Positions 49,514 to 58,833 of a stretch of 64,000 bases of DNA are shown here, piece by piece. The notes beneath the pieces were generated by a model. It was given only the letters and a program-made list of their open reading frames with translations. It was not told the DNA's origin and searched no databases. Source of the stretch: a virus. Both the position numbers and the translations under genes were made by a program. Within the stretch, counting starts at the first letter, position 1, and each line of letters opens with the position of its first letter. The stretch spans positions 1 to 64,000 of IMG/VR virus record IMGVR_UViG_3300005689_000056; one strand, given 5' to 3'.

Positions 49514-50878
49514 ATGGCAAAGAAAGCAGCATTCAAGATCGGTGACACCGTCAATTTCCTCGGCTACTCCGAGGAGATGCCTGACAACGAAAAGATCCTC
49601 ACCGAAGGCAACACCTACACGGTGGTTGAGGTAAACGACGCAGAGGAACTGGTCAGCGTCGAGATGGCGAACCCGGAATTCAACCCGAAGAAGGCCGAAA
49701 GCGACAAGAACCCGAAGACCCTGATTGTCGATGTCTTCCTCAACGAAGTCGAGCTTGCCGACGGTGAGGAAGAAGAGGCCCCGCCGCCGAAGAAGGCTGC
49801 TTCCAAGACCGCCGCCAAGGGCAAGGCCAAGGGCAAGGCTGTCGCTGAGGAAGAAGAGGAAGAAGAGGAAGAGGAAGCCGACGAGGAAGAGGAAGAAGAA
49901 GAGGAAGAAGCCCCGCCGCCGAAGAAGACCGCCGCCAAGGGCAAGGCCGCTGCCAAGGAAGAAACCAAGGCCAAGACTCCGGCGAAGAAAACTGCCGCGA
50001 AGGCTCCTGCCAAGGCTGACGCCAAGACGAAGGCTCCCGCCAAGTCGAAGGCCAAGGACGAAGAAGAGGCCGACGAGGACGATCTGCCCGATCTGGAGAA
50101 CGAAGACGAGGAAGTCGCAGCCTTGGTCGAAGAGGCCGAAAACGTCCTCGATCTGGCCGAAGAACTGATCAATGACAGCGCGGCAATCGACTACAAGCTG
50201 GGCGGCGTGCTCTACCATATCCGCAAGGGCAAGTTGCACCACAAGGCCGACAAGCGCTACCGCGAGGCCGGCGGCTTTGGTCTCTACGTCAAGGAACGCC
50301 TGAACGTCGAGTACCGCAAGGCGATGAACCTGATCGAGATCTACGTCAACTTCAACCTCGCCGGCATCAGCGGTGAGAAGGTGGCCGAGATCGGCTGGAC
50401 CAAGGCAAGCAAGATCGCCTCGCTGATGAGCCAGAAGCTCAAGGGCGGCGCAGAGGTCGATGACCTTGGCGAACTCGGCGAAGAACTGGTCAAGGTCGCC
50501 GAGAATTCGTCGGTCAGCGATCTGGTCGATACGATCAAGGAAGATTACGCAGTTGCCGGCGCCAGCAAGGGCGAAAAGGTCAAGCGTATTACCTTCCGGT
50601 TCCGCCTGATCGAGAACGCCGGGGCGGCAGTCACCGAGGTACTGGAGGCTCAGGCGAAGCTGATGGGGGCGAAAGACTTGTCGGATGCTTTCGAACACAT
50701 CGTGATGGAATGGGCCGTCGAGCATATGGACACCCCGCCCGAGATCAAGGTGCCGGCCGAGGGCAAGACGGCAGGCAAGTCGGCAGGCAAGTCGGCAGGT
50801 AAGGCAGCATCTGCCTCCACCGCCAAGGGCAAGACGGCAGGCAAGACCACCGCCCGCCGTGCCCGTACCGAAGAGTAA
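49514..50878 (+). CDS. Highly charged putative DNA-binding/nucleoid protein
   Basis: FKIGDTV SH3-like start, poly-Glu and Ala/Lys-rich tracts, helical C-terminal domain; strongly biased codons. Confidence 0.7.
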   Translation: MAKKAAFKIGDTVNFLGYSEEMPDNEKILTEGNTYTVVEVNDAEELVSVEMANPEFNPKKAESDKNPKTLIVDVFLNEVELADGEEEEAPPPKKAASKTAAKGKAKGKAVAEEEEEEEEEEADEEEEEEEEEAPPPKKTAAKGKAAAKEETKAKTPAKKTAAKAPAKADAKTKAPAKSKAKDEEEADEDDLPDLENEDEEVAALVEEAENVLDLAEELINDSAAIDYKLGGVLYHIRKGKLHHKADKRYREAGGFGLYVKERLNVEYRKAMNLIEIYVNFNLAGISGEKVAEIGWTKASKIASLMSQKLKGGAEVDDLGELGEELVKVAENSSVSDLVDTIKEDYAVAGASKGEKVKRITFRFRLIENAGAAVTEVLEAQAKLMGAKDLSDAFEHIVMEWAVEHMDTPPEIKVPAEGKTAGKSAGKSAGKAASASTAKGKTAGKTTARRARTEE

Positions 50879-50899
50879 TCTTCCCTCACGGTAGTACCG

Positions 50900-50932
50900 G
50901 GGCATAGTCGAGAGGCTATGCCCTATTTTTTT
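50900..50932 (+). terminator. Intrinsic terminator
   Basis: GGGCATAGTC-GAGA-GGCTATGCCC then TATTTTTTT. Confidence 0.85.
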
Positions 50933-50958
50933 GTACCTAACATTTGCTGAGGTGAAGC

Positions 50959-51192
50959 ATGGGCGAGAGACTAGCCTGCATGGATTGCAGGCACTGGCAG
51001 AGTGTACCGGCTGGTAGTACATACGCTAGCGGGTTGTGTGGGCATCCTAATCTAGTGGAGCATCTTGACCCTACTACCGGATGGGTTGCTGGACCGCATA
51101 ACTTGTACATACTATCGAGCAGTGCGTGTCGTGAGGTGCTAAGTCTTTGTGCGGGCGAAGCAAAGTGGTTTGAGCCGTTGGTGAAGGAGTAA
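50959..51192 (+). CDS. Small Cys-rich protein
   Basis: GAGGTG RBS; CMDC..W...C...C...C. Confidence 0.6.
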   Translation: MGERLACMDCRHWQSVPAGSTYASGLCGHPNLVEHLDPTTGWVAGPHNLYILSSSACREVLSLCAGEAKWFEPLVKE

Positions 51193-51196
51193 GGAC

Positions 51197-51901
51197 ATGC
51201 CGGGAGCAAAGAAACACGTAAGGCGTGCACGCAGTCGCGTACGGGCTGCTACGTCTTTGGGGGTGCCTCGCGTAGAGATGCACTATCTGGACATTTCGTC
51301 TATCGTACCCTACGAGTTGAACCCGAGGGATAACGCTGCCGCTATCGAGTCTGTCGCTAACTCCATCCGTAGTTTTGGGTTCCTTGTACCCGTAGTCGTG
51401 GACGCTAATAATGTACTTGTGGCGGGGCACACCCGGGTCGAGGCAGCTAAGACCCTAGGCCTTAATGAAGTACCTGCTATCAAGGCTGACAAACTCACCC
51501 CAGACCAGATTGACGCGTTCCGTATCATCGATAACAAGGTATCGGAACTCGCACGCTGGGACTTCGACCTACTGTCGGTCGAGATCACCCGGCTTACCGG
51601 GTCGGGTATTGAGTTCGTTGGTTACGGCTTTACGCAGGAAGAGGTTGATTGTCTCTCGGATGCTGTGGCCGACGATTGCCTCAATGTCGATAACCTCGTA
51701 GACCAAGAGGCCCGGGACCGCACACGACGCGCGGAACGGCGCGCACCAGCTACGGCACGGTTCGTGTTGGGGGAGTTGGTATTCTTCATCACAGCCACGG
51801 AGTACCGGAACTGGGTAAGCGGGGTACGAGAGCTTTGCGACTACGACGAGACCGCCATCACCGCAGAGATCAAGCGGCGTCTCGGTATTTCACAGGGGTA
51901 A
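51197..51901 (+). CDS. ParB/Srx-like N-terminal domain protein
   Basis: PYELNPR...SIRSFGFLVPVVVD...AGHTR..AA...DNK..E...WD. Confidence 0.88.
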   Translation: MPGAKKHVRRARSRVRAATSLGVPRVEMHYLDISSIVPYELNPRDNAAAIESVANSIRSFGFLVPVVVDANNVLVAGHTRVEAAKTLGLNEVPAIKADKLTPDQIDAFRIIDNKVSELARWDFDLLSVEITRLTGSGIEFVGYGFTQEEVDCLSDAVADDCLNVDNLVDQEARDRTRRAERRAPATARFVLGELVFFITATEYRNWVSGVRELCDYDETAITAEIKRRLGISQG

Positions 51902-51905
51902 TGGC

Positions 51906-53396
51906 ATGATCAAGAATACGCCTATTAGCTCGCTGCAGCCTGACAAGAAAAACCCTCGCAAGGCAGACGACGCCAGACTAGGGCTACTGCGATTGTCGCT
52001 CGCTAAACTCGGGTTTATCATGCCTGTGTACTCCACGCCGGGTGGTATGCTTTTGTCCGGACACCAGCGTCAGCGAGTAGCTACCGAGATGGGCATCGAA
52101 AACATCCCGGTGGTTACCATCAAGGTAGCCGAGAAAGACATCCAAGGTATCAACATCCTGTTCAACCGCGCCACGAACGATTTTGGGGCACTGGATACAG
52201 GGGCTAAGGCCAAGGATAAGTTAGATATCGAGACGGTTATTGAGGCTGCGGATAATCTGCCCGACTTTGATCACGAGAACTGGTTTGCACTCGATTGCAA
52301 AAATGAAAACATTCGAGGTCTGGGCAAGGACGATAGCGACCGCTACGACAAGAAAGCTGTAGTCGTAGCTACCAGCCTGATGCGAATGGGTATCGAGATC
52401 CCGGTAGTCATCTCCCAGTCTGGCAAGATCGTAAACGGTATCAATCGATTGTTCGCGGCGAAGGAGGCGGGGCGTACGGAGTGGCCGGTTATCCGTATCC
52501 CCGACGAGTACGCTACGGTAGCTCTCAACTTCCTGAACTACCTCTCGATGGACTTCCACGTAGATGAGGACTTCGCCAGACTGATGCGGTATTCGGCTTT
52601 CCGACGCCCGCAGAACAATCGAGGCAACGTACCGAAGGCCTACAGATTCTGGGCGAATGGGGGGCGTACGCTACTTGACCGCGATTCATACAGCCCGGAA
52701 TACTGGCGCAACTTCCGTGATCTGCACGGGCTTAGCGTTTTGGATTTTGGTGCTGGTCTCTGCAAGGTCAAGCCGTTCTTGGAAGAACGTGGCATGGCTT
52801 GCAGCGAGTTTGAGCCATACCGCATCGACCCTGAGAGCGGGGTGGGCGTGCCGTCCCCTGACTACTCACGTATGAAGGCCCGAGAGTTCCTTACCGAGAT
52901 TGCGGATGGTCGTGTGTTCACTTCGATCTTTCTGGCATCGGTACTCAACAGCATCCCGTTTCCGAAAGATCGTATGGCTGTGCTCGCCATCGTCAATGCG
53001 TTGTCGAGCAAGGACACAGTCACCTATGGTACCTGCAGGGATATCTCTGACTTTGTTTACGAGTATGGCGGCATCCGTCAGGCCAACTACTTCGTATTCG
53101 ACTCAGAGCCGGGGGTTCGTGTAGGTGACGTAGTTAAGTCCCCCAAGATCCAGAAGTTCCATACACAGGAAGAGGCAGAGGCTATGTTCTCTCGCCTGTG
53201 GGTGAAGCGCGAGTACTGGCCGGGCGGGAACGTCTTCTATTTCAAGCTGTCGTCACCCAAGACCGTCAACCCTAAAGTACTATCTCAGGCGCTGGAGTTG
53301 GAGTTTGAGCTACCATATGCAGATGGTGCGGATATGGGGCTCAGTACGTATGCTAAGAAGTGCTTTGGCAAGCGTCTTGGGATCAAGCTGCCTTAA
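51906..53396 (+). CDS. Tandem ParB-like domains fused to a class I SAM-dependent transferase
   Basis: NPR...LGFIMP...SGHQR; GIEIPVV...NGINR..AA; then VLDFGAG, EFEPY, FTSIFLASVLNSIP. Confidence 0.8.
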   Translation: MIKNTPISSLQPDKKNPRKADDARLGLLRLSLAKLGFIMPVYSTPGGMLLSGHQRQRVATEMGIENIPVVTIKVAEKDIQGINILFNRATNDFGALDTGAKAKDKLDIETVIEAADNLPDFDHENWFALDCKNENIRGLGKDDSDRYDKKAVVVATSLMRMGIEIPVVISQSGKIVNGINRLFAAKEAGRTEWPVIRIPDEYATVALNFLNYLSMDFHVDEDFARLMRYSAFRRPQNNRGNVPKAYRFWANGGRTLLDRDSYSPEYWRNFRDLHGLSVLDFGAGLCKVKPFLEERGMACSEFEPYRIDPESGVGVPSPDYSRMKAREFLTEIADGRVFTSIFLASVLNSIPFPKDRMAVLAIVNALSSKDTVTYGTCRDISDFVYEYGGIRQANYFVFDSEPGVRVGDVVKSPKIQKFHTQEEAEAMFSRLWVKREYWPGGNVFYFKLSSPKTVNPKVLSQALELEFELPYADGADMGLSTYAKKCFGKRLGIKLP

Positions 53397-53417
53397 CAAC
53401 AACTGTGGGTGATACTC

Positions 53418-54164
53418 ATGACTTTGAAGATCGAGAATGGGAGGGTTATTCACTACCCTACTGGTGACAAGTTCGCTTTCGACGGGGAGGTGGCTTTGAT
53501 CTTCCCTGATATGGCCCGGAGGTCAATACCTTTGTACGATGAAGTACACCGTATGCACGCCTCGCTACTGTCCCACGTGTGGGATACGAAGTCGGCGCAT
53601 GTAGTGGATGTCGGGGCCTCGCGGGGAGAATTTTTCCGTGCTATTTGCAATCAATTGCAATGCTCGGAGCGCCACCCTCCTAGCTGGTTGCGTCTTACCG
53701 CTATCGATTCGTCACCACACATGATGGCTAGACTGAAAGACGATATGCCTAAAGTGGAAGTCATCACCGGGTATGCTCAAGACTTGCAGCCTCTTGAGCA
53801 TAAGGCAGATGTGATATCTATGTTCTACATTCTGCAATTCATCGAGGCTGACGCGGATAAGTTGAAGGCCTTGCGCTGGGCAGCGGATAACCTCAAGCCG
53901 GGCGGGGTATTGCTGCTAGGGCAGAAAGATACGGTGACACATACGTACGACGCTATGTTCACTAGGGAGTACCATAACTTTAGGCGCCGCAACGGCTACA
54001 CCATTGCGGAGATTGCGGCTAAGTCTGCCGCACTCAAGAACTCGATGTGGACTAGCTCGCCAGCATGGCTTGAGGATATGTGCATCCAAGCCGGGTTCTG
54101 CGACTATGTCGTAACGTCGCGTTGGCTGCAGTTTTCTACCAGCATCTGCACTATTGGGGGGTAA
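53418..54164 (+). CDS. CmoA-like protein (carboxy-SAM synthase family)
   Basis: FAFDGEVA.IFPDMARRSIPLY, DVGASRG, AIDSSPHM, LQF, LKPGG.L.L..K, F...NGY...EI..K..L.N.M follow the CmoA motifs in order. Confidence 0.8.
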   Translation: MTLKIENGRVIHYPTGDKFAFDGEVALIFPDMARRSIPLYDEVHRMHASLLSHVWDTKSAHVVDVGASRGEFFRAICNQLQCSERHPPSWLRLTAIDSSPHMMARLKDDMPKVEVITGYAQDLQPLEHKADVISMFYILQFIEADADKLKALRWAADNLKPGGVLLLGQKDTVTHTYDAMFTREYHNFRRRNGYTIAEIAAKSAALKNSMWTSSPAWLEDMCIQAGFCDYVVTSRWLQFSTSICTIGG

Positions 54165-54165
54165 C

Positions 54166-54915
54166 ATGGCTGACAGGGAAAATGGAGAGACTGTAGGTCG
54201 TCGCATCTCGCGTCGGCGTTCAGGCTTTGCGTTCTCGGGGGCTTCTGTCTCTGACTCCACGCAGCAGCAAGGCGGCAATATCAATGACGGTGTGGAGAGG
54301 ATGGTCAATACCCCGCCATCGTCTTTACCGCCGCCTGAGCCACCACAGACAATCGCGGGGACGCCGTCTGAGGACTTCAACCCGCAGGGGCGTCTGGCGC
54401 AGGTGCGCCGCCGTTCTACCACCTACGAACGAGAGTACCGGCTGAATCTACTACACCGCCTCATGATGCGTGGGGTACCGCTCGATGAGATAGCAAACCA
54501 GCTTGGTATCTCTGTGTCTCAGGTATATCGTGATCGTGACGAGTTGAAGGAGCGCCATCGCGCATCGTCTCGCAGTCTGGATATCGACGAGATCATCGGA
54601 GACAGCAAGGGGTATTACGAGGAAGCTGGTGCTATGGCTATGCGCGCCGCCTCCAAGAACGACCTACCCTACGCAATGCGTCTTGCGGCTGTACGTACAG
54701 CGTTAGCCGCCAAGAATGACATGCACCGTTTCTTCCAGACAGCAGGTGTCTATGACGTGTTGCGTTTTCGCAAGGCGCAGGACGGTAACGGTACGTCCGA
54801 TGTTCGTCGCCTCATGGAGAATACTGAGCGCCTTCTGTCCGGCGGTCTGGGTGACCTCAGCGGTGCGGTCAACGACGCTATCGATTCTGGCGATCAGGAG
54901 AATCTTGACCTATGA
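54166..54915 (+). CDS. Terminase small subunit (putative)
   Basis: HTH GVPLDEIANQLGISVSQVYRD; ATGA-coupled to terL. Confidence 0.7.
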   Translation: MADRENGETVGRRISRRRSGFAFSGASVSDSTQQQGGNINDGVERMVNTPPSSLPPPEPPQTIAGTPSEDFNPQGRLAQVRRRSTTYEREYRLNLLHRLMMRGVPLDEIANQLGISVSQVYRDRDELKERHRASSRSLDIDEIIGDSKGYYEEAGAMAMRAASKNDLPYAMRLAAVRTALAAKNDMHRFFQTAGVYDVLRFRKAQDGNGTSDVRRLMENTERLLSGGLGDLSGAVNDAIDSGDQENLDL

Positions 54916-57797
54916 CTGCCACACACACCCGCCGCGTAGGGAGACGACGGACCCCGGGTGCCGCGCCGGGGGTTAGCGAGCAGGCTCGCGCCATGGTTCA
55001 AGGGGCGTGGGAGGAGGCTGAACGTTGCGAGAATAAGCTGTTCGGTGAGATGTACGCCACCGCGTTAGAGCGCAAGGTGTATTACAACGATACGGTGCTA
55101 TTCGACTTCATGAAGCACCTCACGCACGCTCCGGTAGGCATAGAAGAGTTTCTGTCGGGGTCGGAGTTTCTGGGGGCTACTGACATATCGTTGTGGCCCG
55201 AAGTACGCGCAGCCATCGTTGATATTAACAAGTACTGGTGGAAAGGTCAGGTAGGAGGGGCCAAGCATGAGGCTCTTCTGATGGGCTCGTGTGTAGACGC
55301 GCTAACCGAGTTTTTAACCCCGAACGGCTGGAAGTATATTTCCGATTTTGAGGAAGGTGATCTTGTCGGTCAATACTCGGTAGACGGTACTCTAGAGTTT
55401 GTGACACCGCAGGCGTACATCCGCCGCCGCCACCGAATGTTTTACCACTTCGCACCTCGGGGCGGTCTGGATATGATGTTAACTCCGGGGCATCGCGTTA
55501 TCTACCGGAACAGGAACACCGGGGAAATCTGCGAGATGTCCGCAGAGGACGTGGCCGAGAACCACAATAGAACTGCTACCGGGTTCACAGGTAAGTTCCT
55601 ATCTACCTTTACCCCTACGGGGCGGGTAGGGATTGATCTATCCGACGAACAGATCCGTGTGATGGTTATGGTTCATGCCGATGGCTCCTTTGATACAAGG
55701 GATGACTCCAGTTGGTGTAATGTGATCGTAAAAAAGCCGCGGAAAATTCGCAGGGCTAGGCGTATCCTTCAGGAGGCGGGTATTGCGTTTACTGAAGTAC
55801 CGCACAACGGAGACTACCGCCGCATCCGTTTTTACGCGCCGCAACGGAACAAGACATACGAGGGTTGGTGGGGTTGCACACAGGACCAGCTCCGTATTGT
55901 TACCGACGAGGTAATGCACTGGGATGGCTCCGCGAGGCACCAACAGTTCTACACTGCGAAGAAAGAGGAAGCTGATTTCATCCAGTACGCCTATCTCGCT
56001 ACAGGGGTACGGGCTACCATGCAGTGGCAAGATCGCGGGGGAAATCGGTCTGTCGAGTATAGGGTGAAGCGTTGTCGTTCCGCTGAATACACCATGTCCG
56101 CTTCGCCTAAAGGGCCTGAAGCACAGCTTGTTGAAGCCAGTGATGGGTATTGCTACTGCTTCACACTGCCTACGGGTATGTGGTTGGCGAGGCGCAACGG
56201 TAGTGTATACGTCACCGGGAACACAGGTAGCGGAAAAACGGAAATATCGAAGATTACCCAGCTATACCACCTTTACCTGTTGTCCTGCTTGGACAACCCG
56301 CAAGGCTACTACGGCCTGCCGAAAGCGACCTCTATTGTGTTCGCTATCATGGCCGCTAAGCCGCACGTGACGAAGAAGGTTATCTACGACCCTCTGCGCC
56401 ACATGATTGAGCACATCCCGTATTTTCAGAAGCACCTACGACCGAGCAAGCTGGTTGAGTCCGAGATGATCTTTGAGGAGAAGAACATCCGTGTAGTGCC
56501 TGCGGGTGTGGACGCCGACTCGATCCTAGGTGAAGCAGTACTTTCGGGGATCATTGACGAAATCAACTTCATGAACGTTGTGCTACGTTCTAAGAAGGCA
56601 GAGGTAACCACAGGCCGCGCTGGGGTCTACGATCAGGCCCAGACAATACACAGTGCAATGACCCGCCGTATCAAGGGTCGTTTCACCAAGCCCGGACCCA
56701 AGATAGGGATACTCTGTACGTCATCGTCAACCCGCTATAAAGGGGACTTTACCGACAAGCGTAAGGCTCAGGCTCTGCAGCACGACGAGCAAGGTATCTA
56801 CATCTACGATAGGCCGCAATACGAGGTAAAACCTCAAGAAAATTTCTGTGGGCAAAAGTTTAGGCTGCTTGTCGGTAACGACATGATCAACGATGTGCGT
56901 ATCCTGAAGGACGGGGACGCCGTACCGCCAGAGGCTCGCGTTCTAGACATCCCCATCGAGTATGAGACGGAGTTCCAGAGAGACCCGCATTCCGCCCTAC
57001 GAGACATCTGCGGTATATCCACCTCGGCTATTTCCCCCTTCATTACCCGTCGTTTCAAGATCTACGAGGCTGTGTCTGCCGGGGAGGAGGAAGGTATCCA
57101 GTCGTTCCTCAACAAGGACAACGTTATTCTAGGTGTGGATGGGATGCCGGTCGTGAAGTACAGCCATTACTGTACCGACCCCTCACGTCCGCGCTATGTG
57201 CACGTTGACTTGTCGAAGACCGGGGACAGTTGTGGTATCGCCATGCTGAGATACGATGGCCTCACCTCCGTTACACGCAGTAATGGGGCTATCGAGAAGC
57301 TACCTATCGCTACCATTGAGATGGCGTGCTCAATACAGCCTGACTCCAATAATGAAATAGATTTTGCGGAGGTTCGTACATGGATACGGCAGCTACGTGA
57401 TGTATACGGGTACCCGATCAGGGCGGTAACATACGACGGTATCTTTAGTATCGAGTCCGTACAGCAGTGGCGCAAGATAGGTATGCGCACTGGTAATATT
57501 TCGGTAGACAGAACGTCCGCACCGTACAAAAACCTGCGTGACGCCTATAACGATAACCGCATACGGCAGTACCATCAGGAGGTACTGATCCGCGAGCTTT
57601 TTGATTTGGAGTACGATGACGATAAGGACAAAGTCGATCACCCGGTGAATGGCAGTAAGGATGTGGCGGATGCAGTGGCCGGCGCCTACTACTCGATGCT
57701 GACCAAGCGCAGTACTTGGGTGTCCGAGTCAGGTAACGAGGTAATAGGTAATGGCCGTGCGGAATTTGGTGAACGTTTCGAGGGGAGTAGGCGATGA
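54912..57797 (+). CDS. terL: Terminase large subunit, intein-containing
   Basis: Spliced Walker A GS/TGSGKT, Walker B GIIDE, nuclease HVDLS...D, DHP..GSKDVADAVAG. Confidence 0.9.
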   Translation: MTATHTRRVGRRRTPGAAPGVSEQARAMVQGAWEEAERCENKLFGEMYATALERKVYYNDTVLFDFMKHLTHAPVGIEEFLSGSEFLGATDISLWPEVRAAIVDINKYWWKGQVGGAKHEALLMGSCVDALTEFLTPNGWKYISDFEEGDLVGQYSVDGTLEFVTPQAYIRRRHRMFYHFAPRGGLDMMLTPGHRVIYRNRNTGEICEMSAEDVAENHNRTATGFTGKFLSTFTPTGRVGIDLSDEQIRVMVMVHADGSFDTRDDSSWCNVIVKKPRKIRRARRILQEAGIAFTEVPHNGDYRRIRFYAPQRNKTYEGWWGCTQDQLRIVTDEVMHWDGSARHQQFYTAKKEEADFIQYAYLATGVRATMQWQDRGGNRSVEYRVKRCRSAEYTMSASPKGPEAQLVEASDGYCYCFTLPTGMWLARRNGSVYVTGNTGSGKTEISKITQLYHLYLLSCLDNPQGYYGLPKATSIVFAIMAAKPHVTKKVIYDPLRHMIEHIPYFQKHLRPSKLVESEMIFEEKNIRVVPAGVDADSILGEAVLSGIIDEINFMNVVLRSKKAEVTTGRAGVYDQAQTIHSAMTRRIKGRFTKPGPKIGILCTSSSTRYKGDFTDKRKAQALQHDEQGIYIYDRPQYEVKPQENFCGQKFRLLVGNDMINDVRILKDGDAVPPEARVLDIPIEYETEFQRDPHSALRDICGISTSAISPFITRRFKIYEAVSAGEEEGIQSFLNKDNVILGVDGMPVVKYSHYCTDPSRPRYVHVDLSKTGDSCGIAMLRYDGLTSVTRSNGAIEKLPIATIEMACSIQPDSNNEIDFAEVRTWIRQLRDVYGYPIRAVTYDGIFSIESVQQWRKIGMRTGNISVDRTSAPYKNLRDAYNDNRIRQYHQEVLIRELFDLEYDDDKDKVDHPVNGSKDVADAVAGAYYSMLTKRSTWVSESGNEVIGNGRAEFGERFEGSRR
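55290..56222 (+). mobile_element. Intein (311 aa) with LAGLIDADG-type homing endonuclease
   Basis: Starts CVDALTEFLTPNGWK.I; VHADGS and MHWDGS blocks; ends YCFTLP...VTGN followed by Thr. Confidence 0.92.
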
Positions 57798-58099
57798 TTG
57801 AGGATAGCTGGATCGCATTTGGGTGCATATCTTACGCGTTTATTGGCCTGCTTAAGGTAGTAGTGGTTTTCCACTCAGCCGTGTATGCAGGCTACGTGTA
57901 TCAGACATTGAGCTACCGACATACCCGCAGTAGCGTTACGCGTCTTGAGCGCAGGCTATATACGGCTATCTGCTTGGCGGTGGTTGCAGTGTTGTGGCCG
58001 TTGATGCTTTTGCGGGAGGGTCGTAGGTTTTTCGTAGCTTACGGCAGGCATGAGGTCTATCGGGCGATTGAGCTTGAGATGGTGAACAGATACCTCTGA
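57794..58099 (+). CDS. Hypothetical membrane protein
   Basis: ATGA coupling, two hydrophobic segments. Confidence 0.6.
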   Translation: MIEDSWIAFGCISYAFIGLLKVVVVFHSAVYAGYVYQTLSYRHTRSSVTRLERRLYTAICLAVVAVLWPLMLLREGRRFFVAYGRHEVYRAIELEMVNRYL

Positions 58100-58109
58100 C
58101 AGGTGCATC

Positions 58110-58295
58110 GTGTACGTAGTCGAGGTGGTCATGACCAATCGCGTAGTGGAGCGCGCGCTACGGACTACGGATTATGACTTGGCACTGGACACATTTGATG
58201 CCAAGAAAAAGACAAAGGTTCGTGAGGTGAGATTGGTCAAGGTTGTATATGGTGTGCGGGCTGTGCTCAAGTACGTACAGAAGCACAGGAAATAG
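58110..58295 (+). CDS. Hypothetical protein
   Basis: Short ORF followed by a terminator. Confidence 0.5.
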   Translation: MYVVEVVMTNRVVERALRTTDYDLALDTFDAKKKTKVREVRLVKVVYGVRAVLKYVQKHRK

Positions 58296-58298
58296 ACT

Positions 58299-58318
58299 AG
58301 CCCCGCAAGGGGCTTTTT
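58299..58318 (+). terminator. Intrinsic terminator
   Basis: AGCCCC-GCAA-GGGGCT-TTTT. Confidence 0.8.
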
Positions 58319-58333
58319 GTTGAGAGGTGTGAG

Positions 58334-58528
58334 ATGGAATACGACCAGTGGGGTGTGTTTGTTCCGGGTATTGGAAGGATCGGGGCGGTATGTGGTAGTC
58401 TGACCAGCGACGAGAGTACGGCTAGGCTGGTAGCGCTCAGTAAGTATTCTGAGGAGGGTAATCGCCCGGCAGGTAGCATGAAGAAGGTCATATACGAAGA
58501 CGACGATTTTTCCGTGTCGCCGGAGTAA
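58334..58528 (+). CDS. Hypothetical protein
   Basis: GAGGTG RBS. Confidence 0.6.
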   Translation: MEYDQWGVFVPGIGRIGAVCGSLTSDESTARLVALSKYSEEGNRPAGSMKKVIYEDDDFSVSPE

Positions 58529-58582
58529 GGTATTTCAGTAGTCGGTGTATCCGCATAGTTTTGCAATCGATTGCACATTACC

Positions 58583-58783
58583 ATGACTACACACAAATAC
58601 GAGCAAGACGAAGATACCGTGGATGTATACGTGATTACGGTCTACCACTCCGACGATGGCGAGGTTAACTTTGTTGTCGAGGGTGTAGCTGACGACGAGG
58701 ATTCACTAGCTTGCGTTGCTGATGTGTTGCATGATGTGGCCGACTCACTTATCAGCGGCGCGGTAGATTCCACGAAACATTGA
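58583..58783 (+). CDS. Hypothetical acidic protein
   Basis: Protein-like ORF, weak RBS. Confidence 0.5.
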   Translation: MTTHKYEQDEDTVDVYVITVYHSDDGEVNFVVEGVADDEDSLACVADVLHDVADSLISGAVDSTKH

Positions 58784-58833
58784 AAAAAGGGTACTGGCAC
58801 ACGGTGCCCCCTATCTAGGGGTGAGGTAAGTTA

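Noticed and set aside
49454-51022. 522-aa and 185-aa minus-strand ORFs
   Set aside because: Antisense shadows of the codon-biased, low-complexity gene 49514
58795-58810. Sigma54 promoters at the TGGCAC motifs
   Set aside because: None of the three copies has the -12 TTGC element
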